Assembly (NCBI GenBank): GCA_964247055.1
Contig: OZ176058.1
Location: 62,001 to 126,000, forward strand
Origin: Paragordius varius
Lineage: Eukaryota > Animalia > Nematomorpha
Reading direction: 5' to 3'
DNA: 64,000 nt
Shown: piece by piece, positions 13,499 through 24,314 of the stretch
How the letters are laid out: every line of letters starts with the position of its first letter
Numbering within the stretch: the stretch's first letter is position 1
Notes under the pieces: model-generated
Databases searched by the model: none
The model's input: the letters and a program-made list of their open reading frames with translations, nothing else
What the model was told of the DNA's origin: nothing
Made by a program: the position numbers and the translations under genes

Positions 13499-14393
13499 TA
13501 AGAATTTAAATATGTTTGACCTTATGAAATTCACACTCTTTTTACATTTTATTTTTCTGTTCATCGCTTTACATAATTTACTCGATAATTTACTGTTTTT
13601 TACACATAAACCTTTATTTTTTATAATAAAGATTTAAATTATACGGACAAAATCTAAAAATATGAAGACAAATATTTTCTTTTTTTAAGACAACCATATT
13701 TCTTGAATTTTTTATATATATAACTGATTGTTTTAAACTGCAAACTAAATTTAAGATAGTGTAAATTCGTAACACAATCAATTTTGTAGTTAGCGATTGT
13801 AATTATATGTTTTTATATATCAAAAATTAAGGTATTAAAAAGTATGGTTGTCTTTCGAAAAAAAATATTTGTCTTTATATTTTTACGGTAATAGGTTAAA
13901 TAGTAAAAATAATAATTCAAAAATATGTTATTATGAAATTCTCACTCTTTTCACATTTTATTTTTCTGTTCATCGCTTTACATAGTTTTCGCGATATCTT
14001 TTCTTTTTTTACTGATAAACTTTCTTTTAGTGATAATTTTTTTTATTTTTTATAATAAATTGATTCATATAAATTCATTACTAATTTTGTTCATTCTTAC
14101 AGTAAAAACTAAAATTTAAGGACAAAACATAAAAATAAGTCAAAAAATTTTTATCAAAAGACAACCATACTTTTTAAAACCTTAATTTTTGATATCTAAA
14201 ATATTGATTACAATCGTAAACTACATAATTAATTGTGCTACCAATTCACATTTCTATTTTATAGTTTGCAGTTTAAAATTATTTATTTAAAGAAATCAAG
14301 ATCAAAAAAATTTGGTTGTCTTTTAAAAAATATTTGTCCTTATATTTTTACATTTTGTCCGTATAATTTTAATTTTATTATTGTATCCTTCAG

Positions 14394-14634
14394 ATGACAT
14401 AGTTGAATTACGTGGCCAATTAAGTGAAGCCCATAGACGAAACCATGAACTTGAAATTGCTCTCAAACGAACTGAGGATGAAAGAAACGAGTATGCCGCT
14501 CTTTACAAGGAAGCCGAAAACGGGAGAAGGATTGAAGAAGCCCGCGCTAATAAAGCTATCAGTGATTTGGCCGCTGCTAAGGTCGAGTTCGAGCGCAGAC
14601 TTCAAGAGAAAGAGGACGAACTTGAACATACAAG
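14394..14634 (+). CDS. Prm: Paramyosin exon 9 (DDIVELRGQL...ERRLQEKEDELEHT)
   Basis: TTCAG|AT ... AG|GTTTT; 241 nt; phase 1 to 2. Confidence 0.94.
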
Positions 14635-14799
14635 GTTTTATATATACCTTAAGCATAAAATTCTACTAAATATTCAATTTTTGTGGAATTTAAGCACAGA
14701 CTTTAGAAGTAACACGATTATATAAAGCACATAAAAGTTTTAAGAGATATTTTAATTTTGTGCAAAAACTGCCCACAGAAATGTGCCCAAATTATAGGC

Positions 14800-16090
14800 T
14801 ATATTTCTAAAAATCTTTGAATGTTATACCAAAATTCCATCAGTGATTTGGCTACCGCTAAAGTCGAGTTCGAGCGCAGACTTCAAGAAAAAGAGGATGA
14901 ACTTGAACATACAAGGTTATAATTTATTAAATTAGCGGTTAAGATACTATTACTTGACTGGTATAAAATTGCGGAGTAACTGGTTTTATAAGTTAAAATT
15001 TTATTTAGAGCTAAAAATATTTGTAGTCTAAGGGCAAAAATCAAGTATTTCTTAATTGTTGACTGAAAGATTAAATATCTCAAAAATTAAAATTTAAAAG
15101 CTTGCGATTGTTAATTTAGTCACTAGTTATTTGGCTGCTGATAAGGTTGAGTTCGAGCGCAGACTTCAAGAAAAAGAGGACGAACTTGAACATACAAGGT
15201 TTAGATTTTAAATTTAATTATAAATAGTGGTTTTTAATTTTACCTGACTGGTTAAAATTGGGAACCAAACTTATTTAGTTTAGTTAAAATTTTATTTAGA
15301 CATAAAAATGCAGTTTAAAGGGCAAAAGTTCAGTATTTTTAATTCTCAATTGTTGACTGAAAGTTTAAATATCTCAAAAATTAAAATTTAAAAGCCTGCG
15401 CTAATAAGGCCATCAGTGATTTGGCTGCCGCTAAGGTCGAGTTCGAGCGCAGACTCCAGGAGAAAGAGGATGAACTTGAACATACTAGGTTCGATAAAAT
15501 TTAATTATAAATAGTGGTTTTTAATTTTACCTGACTGGTTAAAATTGGGAACCAAACTTATTTAGTTTAGTTAAAATTTTATTTAGACCTAAAAATGCAG
15601 TTTAAAGGGCAAAAGATTTTGACTGAAAGTTTCAATATCCCAAAAATCTTTTCTTGCCTTATTAAAATTTAAAAGCTTGCGATTGTTAATTATTCAAATT
15701 TAAAATAAAGTCATTAGTTATTTGGCTTAAGGTTGAATTTGAGCGCAGACTCTAGGAGAGAGAGGATGAACTTGAACATACAAGGTTTTATATACCCTAA
15801 TATTCAATGAATGTATACAAATTATCTACAAGACATGCAAAATATATGAAAAGCTTATAGTTGTTGAAATTTGGCAGTATAAAGTCAAAAGTGGAATTTT
15901 TTAAGCACAGACTTTAGGAGGGAACATGAACTAAAGCACACTAGATAGAAAGTTGAAAGGTATGTTTTAACTTTACTGAATACTGCCTACCAAAATATGT
16001 TCAAATATAAGCTCATATTGGAAATTTAAAACTCAGTGTTTTGGCTGCCGCTAGGTAGAATTTGAACGATTTTAGGAGAAAGAAAAAGGT
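14800..16090 (+). repeat. ~290-bp repeats echoing the exon-9 3' end and donor
   Basis: GAGTTCGAGCGCAGACT...GAACTTGAACATAC near 14838, 15121, 15395, 15710; degraded copy near 16035. Confidence 0.92.
15395..15488 (+). CDS. Candidate short alternative to exon 9 (intronic copy of its last 94 nt)
   Basis: TTTAAAAG|CC ... AG|GTTCG; phase 1 to 2 like exon 9; 8 synonymous and 1 non-synonymous differences from exon 9. Confidence 0.35.
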
Positions 16091-16341
16091 GGATTTATTA
16101 AGATTCATCTGTATACAACCAATTTATCGATTTCAGTTACTTAAGTGTGGTTCAAACGTAAACTAGTTTTGAATGTTTTGAATAATGTAAATTGTTACGA
16201 AGAGGTACAAAATTATTTGGGTGTCTTTTAAGGATGACAGACTCAATCTATAAATATGTTGATACAAAAAACGATTGTGCGCGTTCTCAATACATTTTTC
16301 GATAGATGATATAAATTAAAATTGCTTTTTTTGTCTTATAG

Positions 16342-16384
16342 GAGAGCCATGCAGGCAGAGATTGATGCCTTAACATTTCAATAG
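16342..16384 (+). CDS. Candidate alternative exon 10a, duplicated exon-10 start ending in a stop ([14 protein letters not shown])
   Basis: TTGTCTTATAG acceptor; in phase with exon 9; TAG at 16382-16384 directly followed by GTGATA. Confidence 0.4.
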
Positions 16385-16544
16385 GTGATATAACATAAAA
16401 ATTATCGATTTTAATATATTAAGTGTTGTTAAAACACCTGTGCTGAATAATGAAAAATTGACAGACTCTTAAACTATAAATGTTCCCAATACATGTTTCG
16501 AGATCTTTAAGAAATGCTTAAAATTAATTTTATAACCCTTACAG

Positions 16545-16740
16545 AAAAGCTATGCAAGCAGAGATTGATGCCTTAACAGCCCGCATAGCTGATGTTGAAG
16601 CCAAAATGCGAGCTGAAATCCAAAGAATTCGTAAGAAACTCGGGGCAGAAATCGCTGAACTTGAACTCTCACTCGATCACGCCAACAAGACAAACATTGA
16701 AAACTTGAAGACTATCAAAAAACTTCAACAACAACTTATG
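16545..16740 (+). CDS. Prm: Paramyosin exon 10 ([13 protein letters not shown]...KKLQQQLM)
   Basis: TTACAG|A ... ATG|GTTAT; 196 nt; phase 2 to 0. Confidence 0.94.
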
Positions 16741-16784
16741 GTTATTAACATTATTTTGCATGTCTTTTTTAAGTTTTAAATTTA

Positions 16785-17082
16785 CTGTAAAAACTAAAAT
16801 TATACAGACACAACGTAAAAATATAAAGATAGTTTTTTTTTCTAAAAGAAAATCATACTTTTTTAATCTTATTTTTTTAATATAACTCATTGTTGTAAAT
16901 GGCAAAGTCTGAAATAGAGAATAGAAATATATATTACAGACACAATAAATTCTTTATTTTACAATTGTAACTAAATAGCTTATATGAGAAAAATCAAGAT
17001 TTAAAATGTATGGTTGTCTTTTAGAAAAAATCATTTGTTTTTATATTTTTACGTTTTATCTGTATAATTTTAAGTTTTACTG
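16785..17082. mobile_element. MITE-A copy (a near-identical neighbour lies at 17267-17560)
   Basis: TIRs present; shared internal AATGGCAAAGTCTGAAATAGAGAATAG. Confidence 0.85.
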
Positions 17083-17931
17083 TATAAAATATTTTTTTTT
17101 CATAATTTTAGGTCAAATAATGTTTAAAGTTTACATATAATTCGGTATATATCTTGTAACTTTTGTAAAGTGCATTTTAGAATAAATTTGGTCATATAAA
17201 AAAATTTAGATAAATTAAACAATAAGTAAAAAATTTTGCACAGCATCAAACCATATTTTTGAGATACAGTAAAAATTGAAATTATACGGACAAAATGTAA
17301 AAATATAAAGACAAATTTTTTTTCTGAAAGAAAACCATACTTTTTAAATTTTTTATTTCAATATAACTCATTGTTTCAAATGGCAAAGTCTGAAATAGAG
17401 AATAGAAATATAAATTTGAAACACAATAAATTCTTTATTTTACAATTGTAACTAAATAGCTCATATGAAAAAAAATAAGGTTTTAAAAAGTATGATTGTC
17501 TTTTAGATAAAATATTTGTCTTTATTTTACGTTTTGTCTGTATAATTTTAATTTTTACTTTATTTCTTCGTTTCAATGAGTAAAATAGAGTGTGATTAAA
17601 AATACATTGCTAGTTAGTTATCTTCTACCAAAGATAGGATTTACTAAACGCAATATGTGGTTCAAATTTGTACTAAGAAAAAATATATTTTATATTGCTT
17701 TGTATTTAATGCTCTTTGCTAATTAAACAAATTGTTTCTACTGTACAACATTATGTAGCTATTTAAACAGCTTTAAACTCAGATTTTTTAATTTTAATAG
17801 AAAATATTATATTTATAAGAAATTCGGAAATAAAAACAAACATTAGTTTATTACCCGCAGTTTGGGTTTGTGATGGCTTATCGTTTTTTCCCAGATATTT
17901 TCTTTAAACCTTTTAATATTTTATTATCCAG

Positions 17932-17952
17932 GAATTTGCAAAAGCATTTATG
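17932..17952 (+). CDS. Candidate 21-nt micro-exon (EFAKAFM)
   Basis: TTTTATTATCCAG|GAA...ATG|GTAAAA; phase 0-0, between exons 10 and 11. Confidence 0.4.
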
Positions 17953-18038
17953 GTAAAATTAATTTATTGAAATATTAGTAATATTTATTTTGCAAATATG
18001 TCAAAATAAAAAGAGTGGAAAACATTAAAAGCTATATA

Positions 18039-18217
18039 CAGTAAAAAGTGAAATTATGCGGACATAATGTATTTTCTAAAAGAAAGCCATACATTTTAAC
18101 TCCATTTTTTAAAATATAACTCAAAAAAGTGAAGTTTAAAATTATGGTTTTCTTTTAATAAAAAAATATTTGTCTTTATATTTAAACGTTTTGTCCGTAT
18201 AATTTCAGTTTTTACTG
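18039..18217. mobile_element. MITE-A, internally deleted copy
   Basis: TA|CAGTAAAAAG ... TTTTACTG|TA; 179 bp. Confidence 0.8.
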
Positions 18218-18411
18218 TATATATATTTTTTAAATTTTTTATTTCCTTTAAGGATCATTTTTTAATTTTTTATCATATAAAACAAAAAATGTTGATATAA
18301 ATATATCATAACAACTATTTATAGTATAAGTGATTTAAAATATGATTAATTATAAAAAAATAAATTTTTTTAAATTTTGCATAATTTTTAAATTTTTTTA
18401 TTTCCTTTAAG

Positions 18412-18540
18412 GATGTAAAATCTCAATTTGATGACGCGCAAAGGCAGTTGGCTAGCGCTTTAGATCAACTTTCAGTTTTCCAACGCAAGGCGGCAGCTCT
18501 CCAAGGCGAACTCGATGAAGTTCGTGCTCAATTGGATCAA
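18412..18540 (+). CDS. Prm: Paramyosin exon 11 (DVKSQFDDAQRQL...AQLDQ)
   Basis: CTTTAAG|GAT ... CAA|GTAAT; 129 nt. Confidence 0.94.
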
Positions 18541-19393
18541 GTAATTACTCGATATATTTACAGTTCGATTTCACCCTTAAACAATTCAAATTCATCCTCG
18601 AACAATTCAAATTCACCCTTGAATTCGAATTCACCCTCAAATAAAATATATGTTTTTTAAGATTAAAAACTACCTATAATATATTTTTCAAAAATAAAAG
18701 TTTTTTTTTAAATTAAAATAATACTAAAAAAATAATAAACTATACCATAAACATATATTTCATATTAATAATGAATTATACTAGTTCGAAAACACATAAA
18801 TTATTTTTAGGGTGAATTTGAATTGTTGTTCAAGGGTCAATTTGAATTGTTCGAGGGTGAATTTGAATTGTTCAAGGGTGAACTTGAACTGTAAATGGTA
18901 TATTTATCACTCTTTATCATACATATCAATTTATTTGTCAATTTACGTAATTCTTTGTTTTATAATTATTTTACCATTTTGAAAACACACAGATACAGCT
19001 GTATCAAATTTTTTTAAAAGCTTACTTTTTAAAATTATTTTATAATATGATTTTAATATTGGAATAGTTTCCTCGCAATTAAAAAATTTTAAAGGATATA
19101 AAAAAATAGTAAAATTTTTGAAAGATAGATTAAAAATTTAGTAAAATATGAATTTGATTCTAAAAAAAATAATAGATTTTGTTTTATTTTAACTTTGTCG
19201 TTTTAATCAATTGCATAAAATGATATAAATTTTATTTTTTCCTACAATGAACGCAACTTATGTAAAATCTGTATCGAACGTTAATTTTTTATAAATCCTA
19301 TTAAAATTTATATTTTATTTTTAAGCAATTTTATATTTTTACTCTATATTTTCTAAAAACTATTATTAAATTTTTGACTAATTTGATTTTAAG

Positions 19394-19549
19394 GCTCACC
19401 GAGCTAAGAAACAAGCGGAAACCGAAGCTGAGGAAGCCACTGCCCGTGCTAATGAGTTAGCAAGCGTGAATGCCTCACTCATTAATTTGAAGGCCAAACT
19501 CGAAACTGATTTAGCTGGAGCACATGCTGAGTTAGATGATGTCCATCGG
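19394..19549 (+). CDS. Prm: Paramyosin exon 12 (AHRAKKQAETEAEE...ELDDVHR)
   Basis: TTTTAAG|GCT ... CGG|GTAAA; 156 nt. Confidence 0.94.
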
Positions 19550-20326
19550 GTAAATATTTCAAGATATACTATTTGCATTTTAAGAATCCTTGAACACTTC
19601 AAGTTGGTCCTTGAACAGTTCAAGTTTTCAAGGACCATTTTGAAGTGTTCATGGACACTCTTGAAGTGCAAATGGTATATTTTAGTTGTTTCGATTTCAC
19701 AAAATTATTTGATTAAAATATTTATTTGCCTTCTCAAACTTATAATTTTACCAATAAGTTAGATATTACACATTTTCGTTTCATAAATAAATGGTCTAAC
19801 CCAGAATTGTTTATGTATTTATCTTTAAAAATGACTTCGTTGAAGAATTGAATATTTTACGGGTTAATATATTTATATTTGCAAGTTAAAAACACATTTA
19901 AGTAAAAATATGATACCCTTTTTCGTTATATTATATTAATAAATGGTCTAACCCAGAATTGTTTATATGAGTATAAACTATGTTTTTTTATTTTCTTTAA
20001 TATAAAAAACAACAATTTCATTATTTTTTTAAAAATCCTAACTCAAATTTAGTCTGGGTTATTTAGATACCCCAATTCGAATCGAAGTGTTTAAAAAAAA
20101 ATTTAAAATTTTATTCAAATTTTACCATTTTTTATCCTAATGTGTAAAACAAAAATATTATTATCGCGTTTAGGAATTGAAGATTTACCAAGAACGGGCC
20201 GCTAAGAAAACTTCCTCTTTTAGATAATATATGAAGTTAAATTAAATAAGGAAATAATGATCAGCTATTAAATCCTATAGTTTTAAAAATTTTTTTAAAA
20301 CAACAAAATTATTTTTGCGCGTTTAG

Positions 20327-20455
20327 GAATTGAAGATTTACCAAGAACGGGCCGCGAAAGCCACAGCAGATGCTCAGAGACTCGAAGATGAGCTCAGACA
20401 TGAACAAGAACAGCTCATGAAGATTGATACGTTAAGAAAGGCCGCAGAACAACAA
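20327..20455 (+). CDS. Prm: Paramyosin exon 13 (ELKIYQERAAKA...RKAAEQQ)
   Basis: TTTAG|GAA ... CAA|GTAAA; 129 nt. Confidence 0.94.
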
Positions 20456-21686
20456 GTAAATACTCTTATTCACAAAAGTTTCAACTAGATTTATAAGTTT
20501 TTGAGTATAGTAAGTATTTAAATGGTTGATAATCTATAACTGGTTCTCTGTTTGTGAATTATTCGGTCTGTAGAAGGAAAATTGATTTAATCTTTTATTT
20601 TTGAATATATCGGTGAGGTTTTGGAAAAAATACTTAAGGCATATTCAGGCCGCCGAACAACAAGTAAATACTCTTATTCACAAAGTTTTCAACTAGATTT
20701 ATAAGTTTGATTATAGTAAGTACCTAAATGTTTAGGCATTCAACTGGCTCACATTTATTGCTAATTATTAGCTCTGTAGAAGGAAAATTGATCTAACCTT
20801 TTATTTTTGATTATATCGGAAATATTTGAAAAATATGAACTTATAGGGCATATCTTAACATTTTCCAAATATATTCCATATTTTTTTACCTGATCATAAA
20901 ATATATATAAATAATTTTATTAAGCCCAATTTGTCGCTTAGTCGAATATAGTGTAAAAACTGAAATTGTACGGACAAAACGTAAAAATATAAACAATATT
21001 TTTTTTTAGAGAACAATTATACTTCTTCAAAACTTAATTTTTGATATAATAATGATTTAAAATTTTAAACTAGCTTGTTGATTGTGCTACCAATTAACAT
21101 TTCTATTTTAGATTTTGCAATTTAAAACAATCAGTTTTATTAAAAAAGTTGTTTAAAAAAAATATTTGTCTTTATATTTTTACATTTTGTCCGTATAATT
21201 TCATTTTTACTGTAAATACTTAAGTGTTTAGGCATTAAACTGGCTCACATTTATTGCTAATTATTAGCTCTGTAGAAGGAAAATTTATCTAACCTTTTTT
21301 TTTATTATATCGGTAAATTTTTGGAAAAAAATATGAACTTATAGGGCTTATCTCAAGTAAATAGAGTTTTTATAACAATTAAATAATTACTTTTTAACTT
21401 TACATTAATTTTCCAATGTTTTTATGGAGGAATACATTTTCGTGTGTAATTATTAATATAAAAACTCAGTAAAAGTTAAAACTATATTTTAGTCAAGTTT
21501 TAGATTTGAGAATAATAAATATTTGAATGATTGCTCATTCAACTGGCTCTCATTAATTTTCTTTTATTAGCTATAAGTCTCAGGGTTTTTGTATAGAAAA
21601 TTTACTGTTTTTTTGGAAAATATTTATGCCTTAACCCACCCACACCTTCCTTAAATCTTAAAAATGGTTCGGATCCATAATTGCTT

Positions 21687-21915
21687 TTTTAGAATGATAT
21701 AATGTAATATCAGCAAATTAATAATAAATTTATTAATGAATTTAAACGGATTTCTTCATAAATAGATACACATCTTTATTTTTATAAAATGTAAAATTTT
21801 ATTTTGTATCTTTATTTTATTTTTATGTTAATCCGAAGAAGTTAGAGGAATCTAACGAAAATTAATGAATAAATTTATTATTAATTTGCTGATATTACAT
21901 TATATCATTCTAAAA
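21687..21915. mobile_element. Young MITE-like element with perfect 48-bp inverted ends
   Basis: 21687-21734 is the exact reverse complement of 21868-21915. Confidence 0.75.
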
Positions 21916-22068
21916 CATACTGATTCAGCCTAATCAATAATTACTTTTTCAACTTTGATTAATTTTATTTAATTTAAATATTACTTTAAAATTGTCGCTT
22001 AGTGGAATATTATTACCATAGTTTAAATAAAAGTTTTTTAAAATGACCTTTATTTTTATTCTTTACAG

Positions 22069-22155
22069 GTGAAAGAATTGCAAATCCGTATTCAAGAAGT
22101 CGAAGCACAAGCTCTCTTAACCGCTAAGCGTATGGTTTCCAAATTGGAAGCACGA
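22069..22155 (+). CDS. Prm: Paramyosin exon 14 (VKELQIRIQEVEAQALLTAKRMVSKLEAR)
   Basis: TTACAG|GTG ... CGA|GTATA; 87 nt. Confidence 0.94.
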
Positions 22156-22169
22156 GTATATATTTTTAG

Positions 22170-23743
22170 TATTTTCGTTAACTTGAAATTGTACATACAA
22201 GACGTATAAATTATAAAGACAAAAACGTATAAATATAAAGACATATCAATTTTCGTTAACATATTTATTTACAGTAAAAATTGAAATTATACGGATAAAA
22301 TGTATATTTTTACAATTTTCGTTAACATATTAATTTACAGTAAAAATTGAAATTATACTATGGACAAAATGTAAAAATATAAAGACAAATATTTAAAACG
22401 CAACCATATTTATTTACAGTAAAAATTGAAATTATACGGACAAAATCTATAAATATAAAGTCATATTTTTATCATTCTCGTTAAACTTTATTAATTTAGG
22501 GTAAAAAATAAATTATAAAGACAAAAAATTAAATATAAAGACATATTTTTACCATTTTCGTTAATCTTTATTTACAGTAAAAATTGAAATTATACGGATA
22601 AAACGTACAAATATAAAGACACATTTTTACCATTTTAGTTAATCTTTATTACTTTAGAGTGAAAATTGAAATTATACTATGGACAAAACGTATAAATATA
22701 AAGACATATTTTTCAATTTTCGATAAACTTTATTACTTTGAAAATTGAAATTATACGGACAAAACATAAAAATATAAAGACAAATATTTTTACCATTTTC
22801 GTTAACATTATTTACAGTAAAAATTGAAATAATAGACAAACCATTAAAATAAAGACATTTTTTTACAATTTTCATTAACATATTTATTTCCAGTAAAAAT
22901 TGAAATTATACTATGGACAAAATGTATAAATATAAAGACAAATATTTTTACCATTTTTAAACTTTATTACCGTAATTGAAATTATACGGACAAAACGTAT
23001 ATTTTGACAATTTTCGTTAACATATTAATTTACAGTAAAAATTGAAATTATTCTATAGACAATAAATATAAAGACATATTTTTACAATTTTCATTGATTT
23101 ATTTACAGTAAAAATTGAAATTATACTATGGACAAAACGTATAAACATAAAGACATATTTTTACAATTTTCGTTAATCTTTATTTATTTACAGTAAAAAT
23201 TTAAATTTTACGGACAAATAGTTGTTTTAAAAGACATATTTTTTTCTAAAACACAACCATATTTTTTTCAAACCTAAATTAATCCTATAAAAATCATTAA
23301 ATAATAAGCCTAACATATTTATTTACAGTAAAAATTGAAATTATACTATGGACAAAACGTATAAATATAAAAACAAATATTTTTATAATTTTCGTTAACA
23401 TATTTATTTACAGTAAAAATTGAAATTATACTATGGACAAAACGTATAAATAAAAAGATATATTTTTACAATTTTCGTTAACATATTTATTTACAGTAAA
23501 AATTGAAATTATAGACAAACCATAAAAATATAAAGACAAAATGTATAAAACACAACCATATTTTTTTAAACCTAATTAATATATATAAAAATCATTTAAT
23601 AACAAGCCTAAAATATATAATTGATTGTGTTACCAATATATGTCTCTATTTTATACTTTGGAAGTAAAGAACAATAATTTAAACCTAAATTAATCAAAAT
23701 TCAAAAAGTACCTTTTGTACGTATAATTTCAATTTTCACTGTA
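22170..23743 (+). repeat. Satellite of ~80-bp units made from the MITE-A left TIR, closed by one right TIR at ~23700-23743
   Basis: About 15 head-to-tail TACAGTAAAAATTGAAATTATAC(TA)TGGACAAAACGTATAAATATAAAGACA units. Confidence 0.88.
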
Positions 23744-24113
23744 CTTATTTGTGCAATGAAACTTCCCCGTTAGAAGGGAAATTCATGGCACATTCTCCGC
23801 ATCATAAAATTTCTCAAAAAATAAGGAAATTAACCTTATTTAACTAATATTTAAAAAATTTCAATGATTTTTCAATATTTAACATATATTTGAAAACTAT
23901 ATATATAATTTATTTAATTGCTTTAAATATTTGTGGCTTTTTGTTAGGGTTACCAAAAAACATATACCATTAACTTTTATTCAAAATCGGAAATTAGTAT
24001 GATAATAAGCCTATGTAATTTAGTTTCATAGTCGCTGTTAAATATTCTATGGGATGGGTCAGTTTACCATTAATGTATAATATATTTTTTAATTTTTACT
24101 TTGCTTTTAAAAG

Positions 24114-24314
24114 GTCCGTGATTTGGAAACTCTGTTTGAAAGTGAAAAGAAAGCCCATCAAGAAACACACAAGAATTTGCGTAAAAAGGACCGGAGAGTT
24201 AAGGAACTTACTATTATGGTTGAGGAAGAACATCAGAAATCAACCAACTTCATCGATACCATCAACCTCCTTAATGAAAGGCTCAAAAAATATAAAGAAC
24301 AAGTTGGAGATATA
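24114..24314 (+). CDS. Prm: Paramyosin exon 15 (VRDLETLFESE...YKEQVGDI)
   Basis: TTTTAAAAG|GTC ... ATA|GTGAGT; 201 nt. Confidence 0.94.

Noticed and set aside
15710-16080. Further exon-9 copies as functional alternative exons
   Set aside because: They carry a deletion, an in-frame TAG or heavy decay.
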